The translations under genes were made by a program, and so were the position numbers. A stretch of DNA of 43,117 nt from Dimorphilus gyrociliatus (Eukaryota; Animalia; Annelida): the NCBI GenBank assembly GCA_904063045.1, contig CAJFCJ010000167.1, forward strand, positions 10,854 through 53,970, read 5' to 3'. Positions 11,471-22,903 of this stretch are shown here, piece by piece. The first letter of the stretch is position 1. The number at the start of each line of letters is the position of its first letter. The notes under the pieces were generated by a model. It was not told where the DNA came from. It saw only the letters and a list, made by a program, of their open reading frames with translations, and made no database searches.

Positions 11471-11751
11471 GACAATACATATTAAAAATAGCTTAGAAAC
11501 AGGATTTATAAATAAAGTCTAGGCAAAAGAGCTGAGGTGAAAGTAACACTAAATGGATAGTATTTAAGCTTTAATATTAATTAAAATTATCGCATTTAAA
11601 TTGAATATACTTTTTAAAAGAATAAATAGCTTAGTTTAGTCTGCTATTTTTCACCTTAAAAAAAGTTTTGAGTTATATATTATTTTAAATTTTTTAAGCT
11701 TAGTTTTATGATTAAAAGGTTTATGCTATTAAAAATAAATTTAATTAAACG

Positions 11752-13584
11752 CTACAAAATCCAAGAGCTCTTCCTTCTGAGTTCTAAACGTGTTCTTTTG
11801 GTCTTTTTTATATAAGAAATTCGTTTCATAATACTTTCATTCATAGAACCAGAAAAGTAAAATTTTACATGTTCTAAATATTTCATATCTAATACAGTGT
11901 TAATATAATCTTCATGTAAATTATGACTATTGTTTAGAGTCATTTTCTTCATATAACGTAGAAATTGAAGTTTTGTAATAACATCAACATTGATTTTAGA
12001 GAAATCACAATATAATTCATTCAACGACCTCATTTTAGATATCGTTAAGAAATCGTCCTCATTTATACCAAATAAATATTCCAAGGATATCTTATTAATG
12101 TTTTTTAGGGATTTTAATTGTGCGATGAGGCCTTCTTCCAATCGACAGTTATCTAAATTTAAAATTCTAAGCCTTTTCATTTTATTTATATTAGAAAAAT
12201 CGTCGATATTCAAGGTTTTTATATCATTTAGGCTAATCTCTTTTATATTTTCTATACTTTTTAAGCTTCCAATGTAGTTCATGGGTAAAACACATCCTGA
12301 TAAATCTAGAACTTCTAAGTTTTCCATATTAGAAATTGTAGAATAATCAGCTAAGTTTAAATTGGCATTTCTTCTTAATTCTATTCTTTTAAACTTGTTT
12401 ATTTTTTCTAACTGAGAAATATGACCTTCATTTTCTGTATAGTTATTTAAGTATAACCTTTCTATATTATCCATACTAGATAATATTCTTAGGTCTTCAG
12501 TGTTTAAATTCGGATTGGAGCTTAAATTAAGTATTTTTATCTTAGTTAACGTTCCAATCACTTCAAGTGTTTCAGTATTCAAGCCACAACCTTCTAAATT
12601 CAAATCTTCTAAATTTGTCATTTTAGCAATTATCCTAGCATCTAAAATAGCTAAATTTATACTAAAAGACAAATCCAATTTTATAATTTTGTTTTGTGAC
12701 GTTAAGAGTGAAAAGATGCCGGGTTTTAAATTACAGTGACTTAGATTTAAACTTTGGAGGTTACTCATGCCAGATATCGCATTGAAGGTGCCCATATCTA
12801 GTCTACTATTTCGAGTTAAGTTTAATACTTCAATTCCAGTCAATCCTTTTAGTTTTTCTATTAACGAATTGCCTAAAAAACAACCATTGAGATCTAAAAT
12901 TTTTAAAGTTTTTAACCTTGACAAGCTTAGAATATCAAAAAGATTTAAACAACCATTATGTGCTAAATTTAGCACTCTAATAAATTTTAACATCCCAAGT
13001 TTCTCAAGTAAATCAGGGCTAAGATAGCACCAACTTAGATTTAATTCCCGTAGGCTATTGAACTTTGCTATTTCTACAAAGTGTTCAGCTGTAAAGTAAG
13101 TATTTCTTGATAAATCTACAAAGTATAGACTATGCATCTTTGTTAGTTCACTAATCATTTTAACACTTAATTTGCATCCACTCATGCTTATTTTAACAAT
13201 TCTTTCATTAGTAGAAATGCATCTAAAATCTTCTTTATTCAGAGTTTTATTATCATCTAATATGAGTACTTCTAGTTTTTTTGAAAGTGTTATGTTATCA
13301 AAAAAATTACGAATATTGTTTAGATTTTGTACTTCTAAGTGCTCTAAATACTCAAGTTCAAATATATCATGTACATATTTTCTCTTAAACTTTTTTTTAA
13401 GAGTCTTTTTAATAGATTCGAATTCATTTAAAAATCTTTGTACTCCTCTATTTCTTACCTTATTGAAGCTTGAGATGTAATCTGGTCTTTTTGGATCATG
13501 ATTACTTGCTAAAATTAAATTATAATGAAAAATAATACAAAATAAGAGCCAAAGTTGCGAATTAACCATCTTTATATAAAACAT
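11752..13584 (-). CDS. Secreted leucine-rich repeat protein (610 aa)
   Basis: Hydrophobic N-terminus (LWLLFCIIFHYNLILA), many LxxLxLSxC/N repeats, and CCC immediately before the ATG. Confidence 0.9.
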   Translation of the reverse strand: MFYIKMVNSQLWLLFCIIFHYNLILASNHDPKRPDYISSFNKVRNRGVQRFLNEFESIKKTLKKKFKRKYVHDIFELEYLEHLEVQNLNNIRNFFDNITLSKKLEVLILDDNKTLNKEDFRCISTNERIVKISMSGCKLSVKMISELTKMHSLYFVDLSRNTYFTAEHFVEIAKFNSLRELNLSWCYLSPDLLEKLGMLKFIRVLNLAHNGCLNLFDILSLSRLKTLKILDLNGCFLGNSLIEKLKGLTGIEVLNLTRNSRLDMGTFNAISGMSNLQSLNLSHCNLKPGIFSLLTSQNKIIKLDLSFSINLAILDARIIAKMTNLEDLNLEGCGLNTETLEVIGTLTKIKILNLSSNPNLNTEDLRILSSMDNIERLYLNNYTENEGHISQLEKINKFKRIELRRNANLNLADYSTISNMENLEVLDLSGCVLPMNYIGSLKSIENIKEISLNDIKTLNIDDFSNINKMKRLRILNLDNCRLEEGLIAQLKSLKNINKISLEYLFGINEDDFLTISKMRSLNELYCDFSKINVDVITKLQFLRYMKKMTLNNSHNLHEDYINTVLDMKYLEHVKFYFSGSMNESIMKRISYIKKTKRTRLELRRKSSWIL

Positions 13585-13839
13585 GGGTCTAATATTTCGT
13601 ATATATTTATTTTATACTCTTTTTGGTAATCACGTGTTTTATTGATGAATTATTCTATTAGGAATTTGAAAAAAATAGATATTTAAAAAATTTATAAAGA
13701 TGGAGAATCTACCCAAAAAATATAAAATTTCCTATTTTATATAAATCTAAAAAAATTCAAATTATATATTTTTATTTAATTTAATTCACTTTTAATAAAC
13801 TTAGTTTTTTCTTTAAAGAATACTTTTTTATGTTTTTTT

Positions 13840-14810
13840 GGCTAATGTACCAATCTACACTACCCTTCAGAGTATACTGAAAAAAAAATTTTACCCCTTA
13901 AAATCATGAGAAATTTTCATGACAACAATTCTATTATTAATTTTATTTTAGTATATTTGAAGCAAAAAGAACCAATATTTTGTATAAAATGTAATGGAAT
14001 TATGTCTGTTGTCCTAACTTCCATACAAAACATAGTGTTTAAGTGTAAATCTAAGTATTGTAGACTTGAGAAGTCATCTTTTTCTGAAACTATTTTTTAT
14101 AAAACTAATTATGTCCTTTTTATGAAGGTTATATGGCTTTGGTTAAACAATTACAACCAAAAACAAATTATGGAACTAACAAGAATAAATTCGAAAACAT
14201 TACTTAAGTATTTGAAAATATTAGTAATTAAAATTTTATTTGACTAACTTTGAGTCAATTGGTGGTGAAGATATAGAAATTGAAGTAGATGAAAGTAAAT
14301 TTGGTAAGACAAAGTATAACAAGGGGCGTTCTGTTGAGGGAGTGCGGGTAATAGGACTGGTAGAGAGAACAGAAGCAAGAAGAATAATTTTGGTTCCTGT
14401 TGCCAAACGCGACAGTCAAACTATCAACCAAATATTTGAGGCCTATGTTAAAACCGGTAGCATAGTTAATACCGACAAATGGAAAGGATATTCGGATATA
14501 CATCTAAATTGGTCTCATTTAAAAGTAAATCATAGTAAAAATTATAAGGATCCTTTAACAGGATGTCATACTAACACAATTGAAGGAAATTGGAGAGCAA
14601 TAAAACAAGAAGTTCCCAATAAATGTAAGAAAATGACAGAGATAATACCTTATCTTGCCAAGTTTATGTTAAAAAGATGGTATCCTCGAGAATTTTTTGA
14701 AGTTTTTATTAAATTTCTTTTAAGTTTTTTCATTTTTAAAAATAAAAATTAAGGGGTAAAATTTTTTTTTCAGTATGCTCTGAAAGGTAGTGTAGAATGG
14801 TACATTAGCC
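13840..14810 (+). mobile_element. Merlin transposon, near intact
   Basis: 62-bp TIRs at 13840-13901 and 14749-14810 (GGCTAATG...CATTAGCC). Flanks GTTTTTTT and GTTTTTTA. Confidence 0.92.
13906..14752 (+). CDS. Merlin transposase split by one frame break near 14224-14254
   Basis: ORF1 has Zn ribbon and HTH-like segments (FCIKC...CKSKYC). ORF2 has EVDESKFG, VNTDKWKGY, VNHSKNY and HTNTIEGNW of the ISXO2 DDE domain. Confidence 0.85.
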
Positions 14811-16704
14811 GTTTTTTATTTATTACTAATTATTTAGGTGGAGTAACATGTCTGTATTATCAACACACATAATTTATTTTGTTCTTCTTCAAGATGATTA
14901 AATATTTCTAGTATTTCAATCTGTACTTACCTTTACAAACGATAAATGATTATTGATATTCAAATGTTCTAGATTGTCATTTATCTATACATTTTCATAT
15001 AAAAATGCTTATTACTATCTAATACTGTATTTTATTAACATAAATTACACTTAAATGGTAAAAATTATCTAGTCTTTTCATAGCGTTTATTTTAAAAGTA
15101 TTTTCTTGGGTGACAGTTGCTATATTTCATCAAAAACTTACCTTCATTCTATTTGATCTCTGTCCAATATTATATTTTACTTTACACTAAAATAAGCTTT
15201 GATGAACATAACGCCTAATTTTATTACTACTTTTAACCTCTAAGTACTCCTTGAGTTTTTCTATTTATTGGTCGTATTCTAATTAATGTTACAGTCGTTT
15301 ATTCTTCTAAAAACAAAAAATCTATAAAATAAAGAAAGCAAAGAAATTATACTACTCCATCTCATTATTATTATAACTGTTGTATACCATTTTGATGTTT
15401 GTATCATCATATTAAATACGGAAATACAATGAAAGTTTCACTTTTTATTATTTATACTCTTTTTCAAAAAACTTTTTATAACTCTGTTGCAGGAATTTAA
15501 TAGATTAATTTTTTTACTAACATGAATTGTTTTATGGTTGATTATACTTTTTGGACAATTACTATTTACTATTTAAATTCTATTTTAGAAGATAGTAATG
15601 ACTAGATAAATGCCTTCAAAATACGAATTTATACAAAAACTCTCATTTCGAGCATTTATATCTAATTTTCTTGTAAATACATATTTTTCTATATTGAATA
15701 CCAAATGATTAATTCTATAGAATATCTAAAAGTATAACTTATGATTTGACTTTATTCCACTTGAATTCTATATACGATTTCCTTATGTTAATTTTCATAT
15801 GAATGGTTTTAAAATAACAGTCTTTATGTGCTGTTCGTAAGATGTATTTTTATTTTCTTAATAGAACTCTGGTATAAAACTTTCTCTTTAGTATTTCAAT
15901 ACAAAATAACTTTCGACCAGTATAGGTCTTGTTCCTAGCTCTACATAGAAAGCTTTTTATTTGTGTAATATTATTAAAACAGGTTGTTTTTTGGTCAATA
16001 AATAACTTATTAGAAGTCTCTTGCTTCAGGGATGGCGATTGAAAAGTTTATAGCCATATAAGAGAAGAAAAAACTAGGATTCTATCACAAGTACAGACAC
16101 CATAGGTGTATATTAGGTGTTTTATTCAAAGGTCGTATATAACACTAAAATATAAAATGGGTTCTTTCTATTAAATTAGAATACAGTATTGTAGAATGTT
16201 GACAAAATATATATATGGTAAGAATTTAGTTTTTATTTTTTTAAAGATCCTTTTAAAATTAGTGCAAAATAACGTTACACTAAAGGTTTTACACAAAAAA
16301 TATTGAAATAATTAAAAAAGGTTAACTTTATGACAATTTAGTAAACAAAGGAAGGTTACAACCACCAAAGCGATATACTACATATTTATTATGGAAATGA
16401 AATTAAGCTTGTATTGGAAAACATTTTTAATTGATGGTTATTAAGAAAACATAGTCAAAAAATTTCTATATTTGGAACCCGTCATTATTTTGAGTATTTA
16501 ATTTTAGAGAAACAATTTAGCTTTATTTTTTATTAAAATATCGAGAATTTTTTGGAAAAACAAACGGTAAGTGCTTTTATATAGATTGCATTTTAACCGA
16601 AATGCAACTCAATAAACATTTTTTGCCCAATCTCTTAAAAAATCAAAATATTGTCTAAATACAGAAATTTTAAAACTATAAAAAGGAAAATTGCAGGATT
16701 TTTT

Positions 16705-18108
16705 ATGATTCAAGTCTATTTTATATTTTCATTAGGATATAATCATCCGACCACAAGTTCTGACCAGATATCCCAGTCAAGCTCAAATACGATAATAAAC
16801 AGACCAGAAGATAACACAGTATTATTTAACGATCCTCCTATTTTCAGCAGTGATACAAATAATACGCAACATCAAATGGGAGCTACATCCAATAATTTCA
16901 GTATAAGTAGTCAAACTTCACAAAATTATACTGAAAATAATTTGATGCCATTAGAACAGCCTAATATGGGCAATTTAGTAGATACTATGAATCAACAGCC
17001 TCAGAATATGAATCAATTCCAAGCACCCTCTTCATTTTACTCAGTTCCTGGCCCTTCTGGTAGTCAGCATCATAATCCTATAGCTAATTTAACATACCAG
17101 CCCCAATTTATGTTGGACTCTTCATCAAGCAATAGTGGAGCTGCTTATTCTTTAAACACCCAGCCTGTGGTTACTAACGTGAATCCTCATGCTCAAACTG
17201 GGCATTGCTACTACCCACCAATAAATCAACCACTCCTAGGTTATCCAACCGTTGTTTGTTCTAATAATACTGGTACAAATAATCTTTATTCACAACAGTA
17301 TACTAATATGCCACAAGCATATTATAACAATCCCTCTTTACCAAGCTCATCACAAAGTCAATATAATCCAAATACCAATTTACCTATACCATTATCTGCA
17401 CAAAACGATCATTTGAATACAAAAGTGGCCGATCTAAATATAGAACAAATAAAAGAAAAACTAAAAACAATTGCTCAATCACCAAATATGAAATACAAGG
17501 ATGAAGAAATATTAAATCATTACATAATTTCGTTTAAAAAAAGAGAAAAATTACAATTTTTTGATTATAATTCATGGAAATATATTAATAGACCGAAACC
17601 TAATGATACGTTTTTTTTGTTTCCATTAAACCACGAAGTTCCTCTAAACAATATTATGACAGAAAATAGAGTTTTATTCAATATAAATAACTTGATAAGA
17701 CAAAATCATACATATTTAGTATTATCAAATAAATTTTATATGGCGGTTGGTTTTCTCGATAATTTTTTTTCTGAAGAAAAAGCCGCATTGAAAGCACCTT
17801 TTATAAACATTAAGAAACTTATATTAGACTATTTGTATGGAATCGCCACACAATCTCACCATACAGAAGACTTTAATAATTGCGAACTTATCATTACTGA
17901 TAAATTTGCTTATTTATTATCCATAATTAGAAAAGACGATGAAAAAAACGGTAGACTTCATATTATTTGGGGCGAAAGTAAGTTATTAGGAAAAACAATG
18001 GTTATAAAAGAGGAGTTTGGTCACAACGAATTGGAAAATGAGCTTAAACCATTCATGACAAGTCTGTCCCAACGATTTTGTAAGTCTTTTATGCAAAATA
18101 TAATCTGA
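16705..18108 (+). CDS. Hypothetical protein, possibly secreted, with a long N/Q/S/P-rich region
   Basis: Long ORF. ATG 16705 gives MIQVYFIFSLGY; the track start at 16651 is TTG. Low-complexity N-terminal half and globular-looking C-terminal half. Confidence 0.75.
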   Translation: MIQVYFIFSLGYNHPTTSSDQISQSSSNTIINRPEDNTVLFNDPPIFSSDTNNTQHQMGATSNNFSISSQTSQNYTENNLMPLEQPNMGNLVDTMNQQPQNMNQFQAPSSFYSVPGPSGSQHHNPIANLTYQPQFMLDSSSSNSGAAYSLNTQPVVTNVNPHAQTGHCYYPPINQPLLGYPTVVCSNNTGTNNLYSQQYTNMPQAYYNNPSLPSSSQSQYNPNTNLPIPLSAQNDHLNTKVADLNIEQIKEKLKTIAQSPNMKYKDEEILNHYIISFKKREKLQFFDYNSWKYINRPKPNDTFFLFPLNHEVPLNNIMTENRVLFNINNLIRQNHTYLVLSNKFYMAVGFLDNFFSEEKAALKAPFINIKKLILDYLYGIATQSHHTEDFNNCELIITDKFAYLLSIIRKDDEKNGRLHIIWGESKLLGKTMVIKEEFGHNELENELKPFMTSLSQRFCKSFMQNII

Positions 18109-21100
18109 AATTACGAAATTATTCAAGCATGGTAATTTTTAAAATTATTAATTAAAGTATTTAAATTGAAAAACTTTATATCTAAAATATTTTTTCATAT
18201 ATAGTCTGTAAAAAAAAGTGAACAAAAAAAATTCATTATAAAACTTATGACGACAATAATTTTATATTTACATAATATCTTAGAAAAATAAACAATAATC
18301 ATAATACCAACAAGTATGACTTTAAAAAATTTTATGATCAGCTTAAATACATTTTACCTCGAACTTTTTTTGGGGTATAAAAATTTACTGATGTAACCAC
18401 CTTTTTGTTTATATACATACCAAGTTTACAGTTTTGAGGGGAAAGCTAATTTTCTGCACATTTATGATTTTATTGAGCTTAATTATTTAACAACCTACCT
18501 CTTATAGTTTACCCTTTTTTAAAGTTTTTTATCTATTTTCATTTTAATAATTAAGGAAAGATGTTATATTGGATTACAGTCAAAATATGCCGCCGCCATG
18601 GTTCTAAAACGACAGGGGGTTATGAAATATTCTTTTATAAGCTTACTTATATGCTTTGGTCGTTGTTTTTGAGAAACACATATTCTTTTAGACCTATTTT
18701 TTATACAGAAACAAATAAAGACCTAGACAACATCTTTAGCAGTTTTGTTTATATTTTTAGAACCAAGTTTTTTACTTTTTAATATTTATTTGCTTGAACT
18801 TTCACCATTGTTTCACAGTTTAAGTTTTTATTCATCAGAAAACATTATCCTTGTATTCTGCTTTCTCGCATTTTTACTCAGCTTATGCTTGCATCATACC
18901 AGGAAGCTATAAGGCTAATTTTTTATGAGACTTCATGCGAGCTCTCTAATCTCTAAAACTTTTGAGTATTTTGAGAGAGTTTGTAATGTTATCATATTAT
19001 AATCCTGTTTTATTTTGTCTGCCCTTTTTCTTGTTGATACGAAGTCAGCTTTACTGTTCTGCCTTAAAAGATAAATGGTAGATGATTAAAACGCCTTATA
19101 TTGTTCTCTAAGCATTTAAGTATATCGTATTATATTAATTTTTAACAATTTTATGGGTTGTTTAGGGATATACTCCTGTTTTTCCTTAGATTTTCTTAAG
19201 ATCACTTTATATCTACTAACATTATATTCCTTTTATTTTCATCATCGATGTTTTAGTCTTGACGAAAATATTTAGATTAAATTTATACCTTGTTATAGGG
19301 AAGTCTATAATTTACGATATTGTTAATTTTTTTTACAGTTTTGAAATTATTTTTGCAATAAAATTTTTTATATGAGATTCATAAGTTCTTTGAATAGCAA
19401 ATTTGTATTTATTATGGTTAGTATCTATTTTTTTAAGATTTAATATTAATAAAATATTATTTTATCACGAGTTTTTAATGAATTTTCCTTTTACTTTTTT
19501 TTACAGACTCAATTAGCTTTTTGACAAGAGAAATAACACAGTTATTTTAAAATAAACCTTTTTAAAAGGTATATTTTATAAAATTAAATATAAATTTTTA
19601 TGTATGATAATTTCTTGTAACACAGTTTAACTATCTAAATGAGTAATTAAATTGATTAAGTTTAAAATTAATTTAAATATTGAAAATTAATACATAAGTC
19701 AAATCATAGAATATCTTAATAGGTGTTTTTGAGGGCTAAATCTATTCCAATGATCTTTCTATATTTTAATCATAAATTCAGTTTTCTTTGGGTACAGCAT
19801 CGACTCGCCATAAATCAAATTGATTCGTTAAAAATTCATAAAAAAAAGAATCTGTTTTTTAGCTTATTATGTGAGGTGTCATTTTCAATATCGATCGAAA
19901 AAAAATGCAATAGTCGTATATAACGAATATATTTTTAAACTTTCAAGTATTAATAATAACAAGAAATATTGAACTACTAAGCTAGGCTATCAGAAGATTA
20001 TAATAACATATTTATGGTTTCAATTGATCTTAATCATTAAACGTGATATTATAAAAAGGCAGAAGTTCATCTATTGTACAACAAATAAAGAAAAAGGTCT
20101 AAAATCTGATGAGAGGACTTCGATATAGTAATGAGAGCTATGTAAAACTTGGAACCTGGTTTGATACCATCGATTCAAATAGAGCGTTCATCGAAAAATT
20201 ACATTAACCGAATAAAAAATAGCAAGTTTATTGGTTTAAAACGGGCATATCTGGCTTTCCTAATAATTTTCATTGTAATTTTCGCTAGATAGATCTTTAA
20301 TATTATTTAGAAATATGTCAATCTAACAGATTTGTAGCTTTCCAAACAGAACTTCAACAGGGTATATCGGAAAGATAAAAGTGAGCACAAAAACAACTTA
20401 CCACTATGAGAATTAGTCTTCTGTATATAGAATTGTTCTAATTTTAATTTGATGTAACTTTTTTGAAAAAGATTAGAAAAATTTCTTGTGTTGAAACTAT
20501 TTGACCTATTTAAATATTAGATTATATTTTATAGTATATATATAATAAAACGTTGTTTTTAACAAAATTGCCAGTTTAATTTATTGTAAAAATTAATATA
20601 AAACTTTATATTCTACATTTAATGTTAAACAATAACTTTTAATGTTCAATTTTTAAATTTATTTTAGTGACTTTATACATTTACATTAGAATAGATAATT
20701 ATACTAGTTTTAAAAAAACCTATTTTTCAGTTAATTATATTTAAAACTTGTTGATAATTCATCTTTTTATCTATAAAGGTGAATTATTTCAATTGATGTA
20801 AATAAATGAATTTAATACAACATAAAATGTATCTTTATTTGTGATTTATAAGTTTAACTTTAATTATTTAACGTGATTTTAGGTTTTCATTTCATTATAA
20901 TTTATTTTTGTAGAGTTTTTTATAAGTAATCTGTTTTTCTATAAAAATAATCAAAATCTAAATGATGACGTACTGATCAGAATATACTTTTGATACTATT
21001 TTATACCAAAATAATAAACTTATATTGTTATTTATTATAATAAAAGAAACTTATTAATTTGATTTATTTTCCAATGTTTAATAAAATCTTTAGTGTTGTT

Positions 21101-21205
21101 TTATTACTTTTAATCAGTATTTCTATCAAAAAATATGCTAAACTTTTTGTTAAATTTAAAAAGGAGTTCAAATATAAATTTAATTAATTTTAAATCACAT
21201 CCCTT

Positions 21206-22903
21206 ATGATAAATCAAAATAAACATAATTCTATATCAGACTTATTCGTGATGAAGGTTTTACTTTATCTAATATTTGTTATAAACTCTTTAGTTACTGA
21301 TTTAGACATTCGTAATGAGTTGATAGCACATAAAACATCTAATGTTTATGATACTGATAATCAAAACCGTCACTTGATGGATAATCAAGGTATAGAGCTA
21401 TATTACTTACAAATAGCTAGCCTTCCATACATTAATTATTTGAATGTATCACGTGCAAAAGGATCTTATAATTTATTTAAGCATTTTCATCAATGGCCTC
21501 TACTTGAGGTTTTATTAATAGATGAATGTGTATTTTCAGTTCAGAGTGATATGGAAAGCATTTCTGGTTTGAAGAAGTTAAGAGAATTAAGTGTCAATGA
21601 TTGTAAAATAGGCAAAAAGGTAGTTTTGAATTTGGAAACAATTGAGAAACTTGACATACTTAGAATATCTTATAATTCATCTATTGGTACCAGAGATTTT
21701 TGTTCGTTATCAAATCTTGTTAGTTTATCGGAGCTGGATATTTCAAATTGTGACCTTTCAAGCGGTCTTTTTGAACAACTATTTCGTTTAGAGAATGTTA
21801 AAAAGTTAAACTTAAGCGAGAACAAAAATCTAAATGAAAACGATTTTAGTGCTTTATCTAATATGAAAAGACTAGAAGATTTAAACTTATCGCATTGTGG
21901 TTTATCTGGTGGTCTTCTTCATAAATTATATGGTTTAGACGTTTTAAAAAGGCTAGAATTGACTGCTAATGTAAAATTAAATGCTGATGATTTAGCAACT
22001 TTATATAATATGAAATCATTAGAAGAGTTAAATTTGGGTAACTGCGACTTAAAAGGCAATTCAGTCAAAAAATTATATCTGCTGAATAACATAAAAAGAT
22101 TATATTTATATGGAAATTACAATTTAAGTAGTACCGAACTTATTAATATATCAAAAATAGAAGAATTAGAATATCTAGACTTGTCATTTTGTGAACTGCT
22201 TGGTGGTACTTTTGGAAATATAGGTTCACTAAAGTGTCTCAAAAGCATAGTTTTAAATGGAAATACAGAATTAAACCGTTTTGACTTTAATATCTTATCA
22301 AGTATGAAAACACTTGAAGAAATATATTTAAATAACTGTAGTCTAAAAACTGGTATATTAGAAAATCTAACTTCGATGGACAATTTAAAACGACTAGATC
22401 TAAGTTGGAATATAAATTTAAAAAAAATCGATTTTGTATCAATATCTAAGATGAAAAACTTGGAATTTTTGGATTTAAGTGACTGTAACTTACCAGCTGG
22501 TATAATAGCAGAAATAAACACACTTATAAATCTAAAAGAAGTAGATTTAAGTATGAACACAAGGTTAAATAGTACCGACTTCACATCTTTATCTAAAATG
22601 TCAAATTTAAATATTATAAACTTGAGCAACTGTTATTTATCAGGTGGTTTACTTGAAAATTTACATTCACTTGTTAAACTTAAGAAATTAGATTTAAGTG
22701 GTAAGATAAATTTAACTAGACTAGATTTAGTTATGCTTTCCGAAATAAAAAGTTTAAAGGTTTTAATTTTTAGTAAATATAAGTCGCAAAATAACTTATT
22801 TAGAAATATAGGCTTGATTGAAAAACTTAAAGGAGTAAATATTTTATTCCGTGACAACCTAAACACTTACGATAAAACAATTATTGATATAATTAGAAAA
22901 TAA
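21206..22903 (+). CDS. Secreted leucine-rich repeat protein (565 aa), paralogous in type to 11752-13584
   Basis: CCC-TT-ATG, hydrophobic MKVLLYLIFVINSLV, and alternating 24/25-aa LRRs. Confidence 0.9.
   Translation: MINQNKHNSISDLFVMKVLLYLIFVINSLVTDLDIRNELIAHKTSNVYDTDNQNRHLMDNQGIELYYLQIASLPYINYLNVSRAKGSYNLFKHFHQWPLLEVLLIDECVFSVQSDMESISGLKKLRELSVNDCKIGKKVVLNLETIEKLDILRISYNSSIGTRDFCSLSNLVSLSELDISNCDLSSGLFEQLFRLENVKKLNLSENKNLNENDFSALSNMKRLEDLNLSHCGLSGGLLHKLYGLDVLKRLELTANVKLNADDLATLYNMKSLEELNLGNCDLKGNSVKKLYLLNNIKRLYLYGNYNLSSTELINISKIEELEYLDLSFCELLGGTFGNIGSLKCLKSIVLNGNTELNRFDFNILSSMKTLEEIYLNNCSLKTGILENLTSMDNLKRLDLSWNINLKKIDFVSISKMKNLEFLDLSDCNLPAGIIAEINTLINLKEVDLSMNTRLNSTDFTSLSKMSNLNIINLSNCYLSGGLLENLHSLVKLKKLDLSGKINLTRLDLVMLSEIKSLKVLIFSKYKSQNNLFRNIGLIEKLKGVNILFRDNLNTYDKTIIDIIRK

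Noticed and set aside
11990-13480. Antisense ORFs inside LRR gene 1 (also 22117-22866, 5136-5372, 6914-7147, 14255-14503, 32137-32769)
   Set aside because: Shadow ORFs opposite real genes, with no motifs, and explained by codon bias.
7894-16704. GTG/TTG starts given in the track (7894, 14240, 16651; also 19723, 32729)
   Set aside because: Eukaryotic locus. ATG starts with better context, or frameshift continuity, explain these ORFs.
18541-20430. GC-richer patches that may be decayed genes or non-LTR retroelement remnants (18541-19330, 19990-20430)
   Set aside because: No recognisable motif could be reconstructed by eye; a tBLASTx or HMM search would be needed.
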